From positions 2,307-66,306 of the forward strand of contig CAYHWX010000003.1 in the NCBI GenBank assembly GCA_964360245.1: a DNA stretch of 64,000 nucleotides, in the 5' to 3' direction. The translations under genes and the position numbers were made by a program. The notes under the pieces are model-generated. The model saw only the letters and a program-made list of their open reading frames with translations, was not told the origin of the DNA and did not search any database. Shown in pieces: positions 53,497 to 62,765 of this stretch. Within the stretch, counting starts at the first letter, position 1, and every line of letters begins with the position of its first letter. The DNA comes from an uncultured Vicingus sp. GTDB taxonomy: Bacteria; Bacteroidota; Bacteroidia; Flavobacteriales_E; Vicingaceae.

Positions 53497-54624
53497 ATGG
53501 ATTTTGAATTAAACGACATACAAAAATCAGTACAACAAACCTTCAAGGACTTTGTTGATAGAAGAGTTATGCCTCAAGCAGCAGCTATTGATGAAAATGC
53601 TGAATTTCCACTCAAACTTTTTAAAGAAGTGGGTGATTTAGGCTTTTTCGGAATGCGTTATCCAGAAAATGCTGGTGGCACAAATATGGATATTCTTTCC
53701 TACTGTTTAGCAGTGATAGAACTTTCTCGGGGATCTATGTCGCTTGCAGCAGCATGTACCATGCAATCGTTAATGGCAACTTATTTTTTATTTCGATTTG
53801 GTGATGATGAGGTTAAAAAACATTTTGAAGCTGCTTTAAAAGGAGAAGAAATTGGTGCAATTTGTATGACCGAGCCAAATGCTGGTAGTGATTTATTTGC
53901 CATTCAAACAAAAGCATTGGTTAAAGATGACCACTTTTTGTTGACTGGACAAAAAACTTGGGTTACATCTGCACCGGTTGCCAACTTTTTTACCGTTTTG
54001 GCAAAAACAGATAACCATGATAAATTGTCCATCTTTTTTGTTCCTTCAAATTTTAAAGGAGTTACAGTAGGTAAAAAAATCAACAAATTAGGTGCTTGTG
54101 GTTCGGTTACCAGTGAAGTTGCTTTTGATAATGTTAGCTTACCAAAAAATTATTTATTAGGAGAAATTGGTGGCGGTACCAATTGTTTAATGGAAATATT
54201 AGCAGAAATTAGAATAATGACAGCAGCACTTTCGATTGGAGTTGCAACAGCAGCTTTCGAAGATGCACTAAAATATGCCAAAGAACGTGTTCAGTTTGGA
54301 AAACCAATTGGAAAATTTCAAGCGATACAAATGAAGTTTGCTGACATGGAAGTTCAATTACAAACGGCAAAACATTATGTGTTTTATGCAGCTTATTTAA
54401 GCGATAAAAACTTGCCAAGACACAAAGAATCAATGATCGCAAAATTGTATGCATCGGAATGTGCCAACTCCATTTGCGACCAAGCCTCAAGAGTTTTAGC
54501 ATCTTATGGCTACGCAACTGAATATTCGTTGCAAAGATACTTGCGTGACGCTCGATTTACTTTGATTGGCGGAGGAACATCCGAAATTTTAAAAAATAAC
54601 ATTGCTAAAGAATTAGGGCTATGA
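53497..54624 (+). CDS. acyl-CoA dehydrogenase
   Basis: CMTEPNAGSD, the overall ACAD length (375 aa) and the C-terminal IGGGTSEILKNNIAKELGL. Confidence 0.85.
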   Translation: MDFELNDIQKSVQQTFKDFVDRRVMPQAAAIDENAEFPLKLFKEVGDLGFFGMRYPENAGGTNMDILSYCLAVIELSRGSMSLAAACTMQSLMATYFLFRFGDDEVKKHFEAALKGEEIGAICMTEPNAGSDLFAIQTKALVKDDHFLLTGQKTWVTSAPVANFFTVLAKTDNHDKLSIFFVPSNFKGVTVGKKINKLGACGSVTSEVAFDNVSLPKNYLLGEIGGGTNCLMEILAEIRIMTAALSIGVATAAFEDALKYAKERVQFGKPIGKFQAIQMKFADMEVQLQTAKHYVFYAAYLSDKNLPRHKESMIAKLYASECANSICDQASRVLASYGYATEYSLQRYLRDARFTLIGGGTSEILKNNIAKELGL

Positions 54625-55745
54625 AAATTGAACAAAAAGAGAATCAACTTATTATGAATGGTTCTGAATTGATAATAGAATCATTAGCTAGGTCTGGTGC
54701 AGACGTTTTTATCGGTTACCCTATTACACCTGCAAACCTTCTATATTCTTATTCAAAAGAACGCTTCCCTTCTTTTTTTGCAGCACCTGATGAAATTTCT
54801 ACACTTCAATGGATGTGTGGTTTTTCAACTACTGGGAAATTTCCTGTAACTGCTACATCATTTCCAGGTTTTGCCTTAATGATTGAATCGATAAACATGG
54901 CATATATGATGGAATTGCCCATGTTAATCGTTCTCGTTCAGAGACTTGGACCAGCAACTGGCAGTGCGACATGTGGTGCACAAGGTGATTTAGCTATGCT
55001 TACTGGTGCAATATCTGGTGGATTTTCTCTGCCAGTTATTAGTGTAAGTAACATGAAAGATTGTTGGGATTTATCAAACAAAGCAATGAAAATGGCTATT
55101 GATTTGAGAACTCCAGTTGTTTTACTTACTTCCAAAGAAGAAATAATGACGCTATCAAGTTTTGCTATTTCACAACTTCAAGAACTAACAATTATTGAAC
55201 GAAAACAGTATTCTTCTACTGAAATATTTGTGCCATATAAAATTAATAAATCACTTGTTCCTGAATTTTTACCTGTGGGCGATACAAAACATCAAGTTCG
55301 ATTTACTGCATCAACACATGATCAAAAAGGAATTATTCAAAACACTTCAAAAGAAGCAATTGAAAATACTAAACGATTAGAACTCAAACATCTTCTCAAC
55401 CTCGAAAATCATTTATATTACGAATACGATGCTCAAACTGGTGCAGATACACTTTTAATTTCATATGGAATCACAGCTTCATCTGGTAGAGAAGCAGTTA
55501 GAAATTTAAGAGAAAAAGGTGAAAAAATTTCACATTTAATACCAAAAACCTTGTTGCCAGTTCCTCCTATCTATTTTGATATTATGGATAAATATAAAAA
55601 CATAGTGATTGCCGAAGAAAACCTTTCTGGTCAATATAAAAAGATTTTGTTTGGAGAATTTGGGAATAAAAAAGTTTGTGGTGTTAATGGAATTGCAGAA
55701 ATGATTACTCCATCAAAAATAATGGAAGAAATTTTAGCTAAATAA
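54621..55745 (+). CDS. 2-oxoacid:ferredoxin oxidoreductase alpha subunit (KorA/OorA-like, without gamma domain)
   Basis: NGSELIIESLARSGADVFIGYPITPAN...FPGFALM...GPATGSAT. The start overlaps the ACAD stop (ATGA). Confidence 0.75.
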   Translation: MKIEQKENQLIMNGSELIIESLARSGADVFIGYPITPANLLYSYSKERFPSFFAAPDEISTLQWMCGFSTTGKFPVTATSFPGFALMIESINMAYMMELPMLIVLVQRLGPATGSATCGAQGDLAMLTGAISGGFSLPVISVSNMKDCWDLSNKAMKMAIDLRTPVVLLTSKEEIMTLSSFAISQLQELTIIERKQYSSTEIFVPYKINKSLVPEFLPVGDTKHQVRFTASTHDQKGIIQNTSKEAIENTKRLELKHLLNLENHLYYEYDAQTGADTLLISYGITASSGREAVRNLREKGEKISHLIPKTLLPVPPIYFDIMDKYKNIVIAEENLSGQYKKILFGEFGNKKVCGVNGIAEMITPSKIMEEILAK

Positions 55746-55765
55746 TTTGATTTATTACTGTGGAA

Positions 55766-57094
55766 ATGGAAAAAGAAAAGAAAAGTTTTTTAACAGACGA
55801 AAGCTTACCCTTCTGTAAAGGATGTGGTCACAATCATATTGCAGCTAATACTGAAAAGGCATTACAACTTTTAGGATATGACCCATTAAATGTTGTTTTG
55901 GTTACTGACATTGGTTGTCATGGAATTATTGATAAATCTTTTGTAACTCACACTGTTCACGGACTTCATGGGCGTTCGGTAGCACTTGCATCAGGTGTTT
56001 CTGCAGCTTTAAATAGCCCCGATAAAAAAGTAATTGTATTTATTGGTGATGGTGGAGCAACAATAGGTATGCAACATTTGATTGATGCTGCTCATAATGG
56101 ATTTAACATGACTGTTGTCGTACATAATAATTTTCTTTATGGAATGACTGGTGGACAACCAAGCGAATTTACTCCGTTTGGATTTAAAACTCCAACAATG
56201 CCTGAAGGTGGTGAAAAACAAGGTTATGATATTTGTAAATTAATTGAAGCCGTAGATGGTGCTTCCTACATATCTCGCATCGAAGGTGTTTCTGATTTTT
56301 CTAAACAATTGGCTGAAGCATTTTCAAAAAAAGGTTTTTCACTAGTAGAAGTAATGGAAATATGTCCGAGTTATGGCGTAAAATCCAATCCGGGTATGAG
56401 ACTTTCTAAAGTAGTAGAACAAGCTGGCCTTACAATAAATAAGTTTGTTGATAGAGATGTTGATTTTTATAAGACAAAAATTAAAAAAGAACTCAAACCT
56501 CTTTTCAACGAAAACGATGCAATCAAAACTTTATTTCCAGTTAAATTAGAAAAACCAATCCGTTTAATGTTATGTGGTTCTGCTGGCGAAGGTGTTCAAT
56601 CGGCTGCAGAATTGTTGTTAAAAGCTGGAATGACTTCAGGTTTGAATGGCACAAAAAAAGGAAGTTACCCCGTAACTGTTGGTGTTGGTTTTTCAGCTGC
56701 AGAAATTATTCTTTCTTCTGACGAAATTCTTTATACTGGTTCGCCAAGTCCTGATGTGATTTGCATAACATCTTCTGATGGTTTAGAATATGCACGAAAA
56801 ACTCTTGTAAACATGATCGACGGAATAGTTTATATAGATAGCTCTTTAAAATTGCCTGAAACAAATGCTAAAGTAATTTCATTCCCTTTTCGAGAAAGAG
56901 GAGGAGCTAAAAGTGCTTCTATTTACTGTATTTTCTACTTATTGATGAAGTCAGAAATGTTTTCTATGGACGCACTACTTAAGGTGTTTAATGAAAATAA
57001 AATTTCAAAAAAGATTGATCAAGAGAAAATGTTTCAACTATTAAACGAAACTTCGACAGATAATTTGAATGATAACAAAAAGGTAATACTATAA
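55766..57094 (+). CDS. 2-oxoacid:ferredoxin oxidoreductase beta subunit fused to a gamma-like C-terminal domain
   Basis: N-terminal CKGCGH and the TPP motif GDGGATIGMQHL...NN..YGMTGGQ. Residues from about 255 to 444 resemble the gamma (PorG-type) domain (LMLCGSAGEGVQSAAELL). Confidence 0.7.
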   Translation: MEKEKKSFLTDESLPFCKGCGHNHIAANTEKALQLLGYDPLNVVLVTDIGCHGIIDKSFVTHTVHGLHGRSVALASGVSAALNSPDKKVIVFIGDGGATIGMQHLIDAAHNGFNMTVVVHNNFLYGMTGGQPSEFTPFGFKTPTMPEGGEKQGYDICKLIEAVDGASYISRIEGVSDFSKQLAEAFSKKGFSLVEVMEICPSYGVKSNPGMRLSKVVEQAGLTINKFVDRDVDFYKTKIKKELKPLFNENDAIKTLFPVKLEKPIRLMLCGSAGEGVQSAAELLLKAGMTSGLNGTKKGSYPVTVGVGFSAAEIILSSDEILYTGSPSPDVICITSSDGLEYARKTLVNMIDGIVYIDSSLKLPETNAKVISFPFRERGGAKSASIYCIFYLLMKSEMFSMDALLKVFNENKISKKIDQEKMFQLLNETSTDNLNDNKKVIL

Positions 57095-57097
57095 AAA

Positions 57098-58498
57098 ATG
57101 AGTCAGTTAAAATCATACGGAATTGCTTTGCCTCATTTTAGGATTGAGGACGCCATTCTTCACCCAAAAGGAAAGAAAAGTATTACTAAATCAGTTTGTT
57201 TCGCTGATGAAGATTTGATTACACTTGCTTTTCAGGCAGCAGCAAACTTGAAACTTGAAACATTAAACTCTAAACCGGATGGTGTCCTATTTGCAACATC
57301 AACTTCAGTTTTTACCAACCGCTATCATGCTTCTTTTTTAGCAGATTTATTAAATCTTCCGCAGGGAATTTTAGCTCTTGATTTTACCAACTCAACTCGT
57401 AGTGGAACTGATGCCTTTTTATTGGCAAATACCTTGATTGATTCTGGAAAATACAAAAACATATTAGTTGTAGCTGCTGATGTTCATTTTCCTGCTATCG
57501 GAAAAGAACTTTCGACTACTTTCGGTCATGCTGCTTGTGCAATATTATTAAGCAATGAAAAAGGGATTGCAGAAATTACAGAAGCAAAATCTTACAGTTC
57601 TTCACTGGCTGAAGAGTTTTCTTACAAAGGAAATAATATTCAATACGACCCACGATTTAGTCGTGATGCAGGGTTTAAAACCAATTTGACTTCTTCACTA
57701 AAAGATTTTATTACCAATCCAAAACAGTATGATGCAGTCATTCTAAATTCACTTTATGCTCGAATGGCAGGAGGAATATTTGCAAAAGCAGGTTTTGAAG
57801 AAACACAATTTGCAAAAGATACACTCTCGTCTAAAATTGGAAATACAGGTGCTGCTCATGCATTGTTGTTACTCATTAATGAATTGGAATCAACTCCCTT
57901 CCCGAAGGGAAGGATCGGGGATGGGCTTATTTTGTTAGCTGATTACACCAATGGAACAAACTTTTTTGAAATTAAAACTCATGAAACTAATCATGAAAAA
58001 ACATTACAGAATCAATTAAAAAACAACGAATTAATTCAAACCTATCAGGATTATTTATTGTTACGTAAAGCTGGAAATTTCAAATCAGCAAAATACAAAA
58101 CCAAAGAAATGTTCTCATCAGAAATGATGCAAGAGCGTGAAAAAGACACTTTACAATATTTGAAAGGATTAAAATGTGATGAATGCGGAACAATATATTA
58201 TTTAAAATCGACTCGTTGTAAAAAATGTAAAGCCGATAAATTCTCAGAAGTTCAATTATCATCGACAGGAACTGTATATACCTTAACAAGCGAACATTAT
58301 TTTCCGAGTTCATTTCCTCCAATTCACATGTTGGTAATTGATTTGGATGGCGGTGGAAGGGTTACTGTTCAGCAAACGGACACGATGTATCCAGAAAACA
58401 ATAAAATTGAAATCGGCTCAAAAGTGAAACTAGTATTACGAAAAATGATTGAAAACGACGAAAAACCAAATTATTTCTGGAAAGCAATACCATTATGA
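57098..58498 (+). CDS. HMG-CoA-synthase-like thiolase-fold domain fused to a DUF35 (Zn-ribbon + OB-fold) domain
   Basis: The N-terminal roughly 330 aa align by eye to archaeal-type HMGCS (SYGIALPHFRI, ADEDLITLAFQAA, IGNTGAAHALLLL). The C-terminus has CDECGTIYYLKSTRCKKC plus an OB-like segment. Confidence 0.6.
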   Translation: MSQLKSYGIALPHFRIEDAILHPKGKKSITKSVCFADEDLITLAFQAAANLKLETLNSKPDGVLFATSTSVFTNRYHASFLADLLNLPQGILALDFTNSTRSGTDAFLLANTLIDSGKYKNILVVAADVHFPAIGKELSTTFGHAACAILLSNEKGIAEITEAKSYSSSLAEEFSYKGNNIQYDPRFSRDAGFKTNLTSSLKDFITNPKQYDAVILNSLYARMAGGIFAKAGFEETQFAKDTLSSKIGNTGAAHALLLLINELESTPFPKGRIGDGLILLADYTNGTNFFEIKTHETNHEKTLQNQLKNNELIQTYQDYLLLRKAGNFKSAKYKTKEMFSSEMMQEREKDTLQYLKGLKCDECGTIYYLKSTRCKKCKADKFSEVQLSSTGTVYTLTSEHYFPSSFPPIHMLVIDLDGGGRVTVQQTDTMYPENNKIEIGSKVKLVLRKMIENDEKPNYFWKAIPL

Positions 58499-59682
58499 AA
58501 AGACAAAACGACATAGCAATAATAGGCATAGGTGTTACCAAGTTTGGTGAACTTTTTCATCAAAGTTACGATGATTTAGTTCGTGATGCAGCAAAACAAG
58601 CGGTAACTGATGCTAAAATTTCAATGGATGAAATTGGTGCGGCTTGGCTTTCAACTGCATTTCCAGAGATTGGCGTTTTTAAAGGCAGAAGTGGAATGGA
58701 TTTGTCTGAGCCACTTTCTTTGTACAATATTCCTGTAACACGAGTTTCCAATTTTTGTGCGTCAGGGGCTGATGCAATTCGAAACGCAGTTAATGCTCTA
58801 CGTGCTGGCGAATGTGATGTGGCAATGGCTTTAGGAGTTGAAAAACTTCGTGATCGTCAACCACAAGATAGTATCGTTAAAATGATGGTTGAATACGGAC
58901 ATCCATTTTTGCAAAAAGGGTTTACTGCAGCAGGCACATTTGCTGTTTATGCTAACCGAATGATGAAAGAATATGGTTTAACACGGGAAGATATTTCAAA
59001 TGTTTCTGTAAAAAATCACTTGCATGGTGCTATGAATGAAAAAGCATTTTATCGTAAACCTTGCTCTTTAGAAGAAGTCATGAAATCGCCAATGGTTGCC
59101 GACCCACTTACTGTTTTGGATAGTTGTCCGACAACTGATGGTGCTGCTTGTGTAATAATGGTTCGTGCAGAAGATGTGGATAAAACAAAACATCATCCAA
59201 TTTATATTGACGGAATAGGCTTGTCAGTTTCTACAGGTTGGGATTTACCTTTTTTCGACCCCAACCACGATTTTCTTTCTTTTGAAGCAACACGTAATGC
59301 AGCAAAAATGGCTTATCAACAGGCTGGAATTACCAAACCAATTGATGAAATTGATTTGGTAGAAGTGCATGACTGTTTTTCAATAGTCGAATTGTTGACT
59401 TATGAAGATTTGGGTTTATGTAAATCAGGCGAATCGAAAGACATGATACGAGGAAAAGCAACTCATTTAGGAGAACAAATTCCTGTAAACGTGAGTGGAG
59501 GGTTGCTTTCTTGTGGGCATCCAGTTGGTTCAACGGGAATAAGAATGGTGGTTGAAATTGCCAATCACCTTCGTGGAACAGCTGGTGAACGCCAAGTAAA
59601 AGGTGCAAAAAGAGGTCTGTCTCACAATATTGGTGGTCCAGGAGCAATTGCTTCTGTGATTGTCTTAAATAATGAAAATTAA
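58495..59682 (+). CDS. thiolase (SCP-x/archaeal acetoacetyl-CoA thiolase-like)
   Basis: VSNFCASGADAIRNA (active-site Cys) and C-terminal HDCF, SGGLLSCGHPVGSTG. The start overlaps the upstream stop (ATGA). Confidence 0.85.
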   Translation: MKRQNDIAIIGIGVTKFGELFHQSYDDLVRDAAKQAVTDAKISMDEIGAAWLSTAFPEIGVFKGRSGMDLSEPLSLYNIPVTRVSNFCASGADAIRNAVNALRAGECDVAMALGVEKLRDRQPQDSIVKMMVEYGHPFLQKGFTAAGTFAVYANRMMKEYGLTREDISNVSVKNHLHGAMNEKAFYRKPCSLEEVMKSPMVADPLTVLDSCPTTDGAACVIMVRAEDVDKTKHHPIYIDGIGLSVSTGWDLPFFDPNHDFLSFEATRNAAKMAYQQAGITKPIDEIDLVEVHDCFSIVELLTYEDLGLCKSGESKDMIRGKATHLGEQIPVNVSGGLLSCGHPVGSTGIRMVVEIANHLRGTAGERQVKGAKRGLSHNIGGPGAIASVIVLNNEN

Positions 59683-59693
59683 AAAAATATAAT

Positions 59694-60677
59694 ATGACAA
59701 ATAAAAAAACAATCAAATTAGCAATTTTAGTATTGCTTTCATTCGTTTCGTCTTTTGGCTTTTCTCAAGTTGAACCTGAAAATGGTAGTGTTTCAATAAC
59801 ACCTACTGTAAATTCCGATAATGGGAATACAGAAACTAGACACATATTTAAGCGAAAAGGAAATTTATATTTCTATTGGGGCTACCCAAAAGCTTATTTT
59901 AGCAAAAGTGATATTCATTTAACTGGAGACATATATGATTTTACAATTACCGACATAACAGCGACAAGTGATCAAGTAAAGCATGATTTTACTACTTACA
60001 TTAATCCTGGCACATTCAGTATCCCAATGTTTAACTGGAGAGTCGGATATTTTATTAATGACAAAACGTTTTTAACATTTGGGCATGATCATATGAAATA
60101 TGGCATGGATAAACAAGCAACATATCTTACTGGAGAAATTACTAGTGGAGAATTCATGGGTACTTATGATAATACTATGGTCGTTGTTGGGGAGGAATCT
60201 GAGGAGTCAGTTCTTCATACCGACGATTTGGACTCTTTACCTGGTGAATTTGTTGAAGAATTTGAACATTGTGATGGATTAAATGATTTTGGATTTGAAA
60301 TAGGACGTTTGGAGCAATTTTGGATTTCAAAAAATGGTAAAAATGCTCTCTCAGCTCAAGGTACATTTGGTTTGGGTATGATGATTCCGGATTCGGAAGT
60401 AGAAGTACTCGAACGAGAACCAAAACATAACAATGACGAAGGAAGAAAATCGTTTCATTTAGCAGGATACAGTATTTCTGCAAGTGTTGGGTTACAAGTT
60501 GATTTTTTTAAACACTTTTTTATTTTGGGAAAACTAAAAGCAGGATACATCAATATGCCTGACATCAATACATCTCTTGAAGGAGGGAAAGCAAGTCAAC
60601 ATTTTAATTTTCTAGAGCCTATTCTTGCTGTTGGGTATTCAGGCTGTATTAGCAGAAAGAAAAAAGAAAATAAATAA
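59694..60677 (+). CDS. hypothetical exported protein, possibly outer membrane
   Basis: Signal peptide MTNKKTIKLAILVLLSFVSSFGFSQ. No family recognised. Confidence 0.5.
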   Translation: MTNKKTIKLAILVLLSFVSSFGFSQVEPENGSVSITPTVNSDNGNTETRHIFKRKGNLYFYWGYPKAYFSKSDIHLTGDIYDFTITDITATSDQVKHDFTTYINPGTFSIPMFNWRVGYFINDKTFLTFGHDHMKYGMDKQATYLTGEITSGEFMGTYDNTMVVVGEESEESVLHTDDLDSLPGEFVEEFEHCDGLNDFGFEIGRLEQFWISKNGKNALSAQGTFGLGMMIPDSEVEVLEREPKHNNDEGRKSFHLAGYSISASVGLQVDFFKHFFILGKLKAGYINMPDINTSLEGGKASQHFNFLEPILAVGYSGCISRKKKENK

Positions 60678-60704
60678 ATAAACATAAAATCTTAGTTAAA
60701 AAAT

Positions 60705-61082
60705 ATGAAAGTATTATTAAGTAAACCTGGATTAGACGGACACGATGTAGGAGTTAAAGTTCTTGCACATGGCTTAATTGAAGCCGATTTTGAAGTAGTT
60801 TATACTGGATTGAGAAAAACCATTGATGAAATCGTGCAAATGGCAATAGAAAATAAAGTAGATGTCATTGGACTGTCTATTCTTTCAGGAACACATTTAT
60901 TTCTTGCTCAGAAAATGAAAGAAGTAATGGATGCAAATAAACTAGATATTCCTTGGTTTGTTGGAGGAAATGTCCCACCTCTAGACGTTGCAAAATTGGA
61001 AAAAATTGGTGCTTCAAAAGCTTTCGCAACAAGCACAAAAGTGGTTGATGTAGTTAATTATTTTAAAGAAATGAAAAAGTGA
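60705..61082 (+). CDS. B12-binding small subunit of an acyl-CoA mutase
   Basis: 125 aa with the DxHxxG motif (GLDGHDVGVKVL) and the Rossmann-like cobalamin-binding fold pattern. Confidence 0.8.
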   Translation: MKVLLSKPGLDGHDVGVKVLAHGLIEADFEVVYTGLRKTIDEIVQMAIENKVDVIGLSILSGTHLFLAQKMKEVMDANKLDIPWFVGGNVPPLDVAKLEKIGASKAFATSTKVVDVVNYFKEMKK

Positions 61083-61087
61083 AGGTG

Positions 61088-61135
61088 AAATCAGTAACTC
61101 TAAACTAGTAACTCCAAACACGAAACTCTAAAAAA
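61088..61135 (+). repeat. 7-nt-phased (A/T)AAC-NNN array (7 units) ending at the mutase large-subunit start codon
   Basis: AAATCAG TAACTCT AAACTAG TAACTCC AAACACG AAACTCT AAAAAA. It shares the 17-mer AAACACGAAACTCTAAA with 49670-49686. Confidence 0.85.
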
Positions 61136-62761
61136 ATGAATACAAAAAATAAAATAAAACATACCGCCGAAGATTTAGGGGTAAAGAAAGTTTACCTTGA
61201 ATCGGGCATTGAAGTAAATCCTATTTATACTGCTGAAGATGTAGAAAACTCGAACAGCAAACACGAAATGCCAGGCGAATACCCTTTTACAAGAGGAATT
61301 CATAACACCATGTATCGTAAAAGACCTTTTACTATTCGTCAGTATGCTGGATTTGCATCTCCGGAAGAAACTAATGAACGTTTTCAATTTTTAATTGCCA
61401 ACGGACAATCAGGGTTAAATGTTGCTTTCGATTTACCAACACAATGTGGATTGGATTCTGATGACCCAAGAGCGATGGGTGAGGTTGGTCGTGTTGGAAT
61501 GACCGTTGACACGCTCGATGATTTTGAAATTGCTTTTAAGAATATTGATTTAGATAAGATTACAGTTTCATTAACTATCAACGGTTCTGCAATTATTGCT
61601 ATTGCTATGTATATTGCGATGGCAGAAAAAGCTGGTTATGACATTAGTAAATTAAGAGGAACGGCTCAAAATGATATTTTAAAAGAGTTTATTGGTCGTG
61701 GAACTTGGATTTTTCCAGTTGACAAATCAGTAAAATTGGTTGTTGATACCATAGAATATTGTGCTCAACATGTTCCAAAATATAGTCCGGTAAGTGTTTG
61801 TGGATATCACATTAGAGAAAGTGGAGCTAACCCCATTCAAGAAATGGCGTATGCATTTTGTATCGCAAAAGCATATACCGATGGAGCATTAAGTAGAGGA
61901 ATTGATATTGATGATTTTGCATCTCGACTATCATTTAACTTCGATATTTATGGAAATTTATTTGAGCAAATTGCCAAGTTTAGAGGCGGAAGAAGATTGT
62001 GGGCAAAAATAATTCGCGAAGAATATTTAGCCAAAAATGATGATTCGTGTTGGTTAAGAATGATTGCCGGAGGTGGCGGTGGTGGTTTAACCAAAGAACA
62101 ACCAGAAAACAACATTGTAAGAAGTGCTTATTATGCCTTAATAAGTGCGTTGTCTGGAACTCAAACGATGGCATTGTGTAGTTATGATGAAGCCTACACC
62201 ATTCCCACAGAACACTCTGCAGAAATCTCCTTAAGAACCATGCAAATTATGATTCACGAAATGGGAATTTGCGATACCGTTGACCCACTTGGCGGTTCTT
62301 ATTATGTGGAAGCATTAACCGACAAATTTGAAGAAGAAATTAAAAAAGAAATGAAAATGGTGGATAAATGGGGCGGAATTGTGAATGCTGTTGCAACTGG
62401 AAAAATTCAAGAATCTGTTTCTAAACAAGCTTACACACGAGAAATGGGAATGCAAACCGGGAAAGTGGATAAAGTAGGTGTAAATATTTTTACCAGAGAA
62501 GAAGAAAGTAAACCCGTTGAATTCCATCCTTATAATCAGGAAGCTGCCGACAAGCAAGTAGAAAAATTAAAACGAATTAAAGCATCAAGAAACAATGAAT
62601 TGGTAAAACAAAAATTAGATACCATCAGAAAAGATGCAAAAGAAGATAAAAACCTTATGCCTTCAATTATTGAAGCAGTAAAAGAATATGCAACAGTTGG
62701 TGAGATTGTTCAAGTAATGAAAGATGTTTATGGTGAATTTAAAGAGCCTATCTTTTTTTAA
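61136..62761 (+). CDS. acyl-CoA mutase large (catalytic TIM-barrel) subunit, methylmalonyl-CoA mutase family
   Basis: PFTRGIHNTMYRKRPFTIRQYAGF...GQSGLNVAFDLPTQCGLDSD...AQNDILKEFIGRGTWIFP. Substrate specificity is not callable by eye. Confidence 0.85.
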   Translation: MNTKNKIKHTAEDLGVKKVYLESGIEVNPIYTAEDVENSNSKHEMPGEYPFTRGIHNTMYRKRPFTIRQYAGFASPEETNERFQFLIANGQSGLNVAFDLPTQCGLDSDDPRAMGEVGRVGMTVDTLDDFEIAFKNIDLDKITVSLTINGSAIIAIAMYIAMAEKAGYDISKLRGTAQNDILKEFIGRGTWIFPVDKSVKLVVDTIEYCAQHVPKYSPVSVCGYHIRESGANPIQEMAYAFCIAKAYTDGALSRGIDIDDFASRLSFNFDIYGNLFEQIAKFRGGRRLWAKIIREEYLAKNDDSCWLRMIAGGGGGGLTKEQPENNIVRSAYYALISALSGTQTMALCSYDEAYTIPTEHSAEISLRTMQIMIHEMGICDTVDPLGGSYYVEALTDKFEEEIKKEMKMVDKWGGIVNAVATGKIQESVSKQAYTREMGMQTGKVDKVGVNIFTREEESKPVEFHPYNQEAADKQVEKLKRIKASRNNELVKQKLDTIRKDAKEDKNLMPSIIEAVKEYATVGEIVQVMKDVYGEFKEPIFF

Positions 62762-62765
62762 GAAC

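Noticed and set aside
35872-61135. Whether the heptad arrays could be a CRISPR array or classical phase-variation repeats.
   Set aside because: The units are 7 nt with no spacers and no cas genes are present, so they are not CRISPR. The units are degenerate rather than identical and lie outside coding frames or at the extreme 3' ends. Classical slipped-strand on/off switching is therefore unlikely, although copy-number variation is still worth checking.
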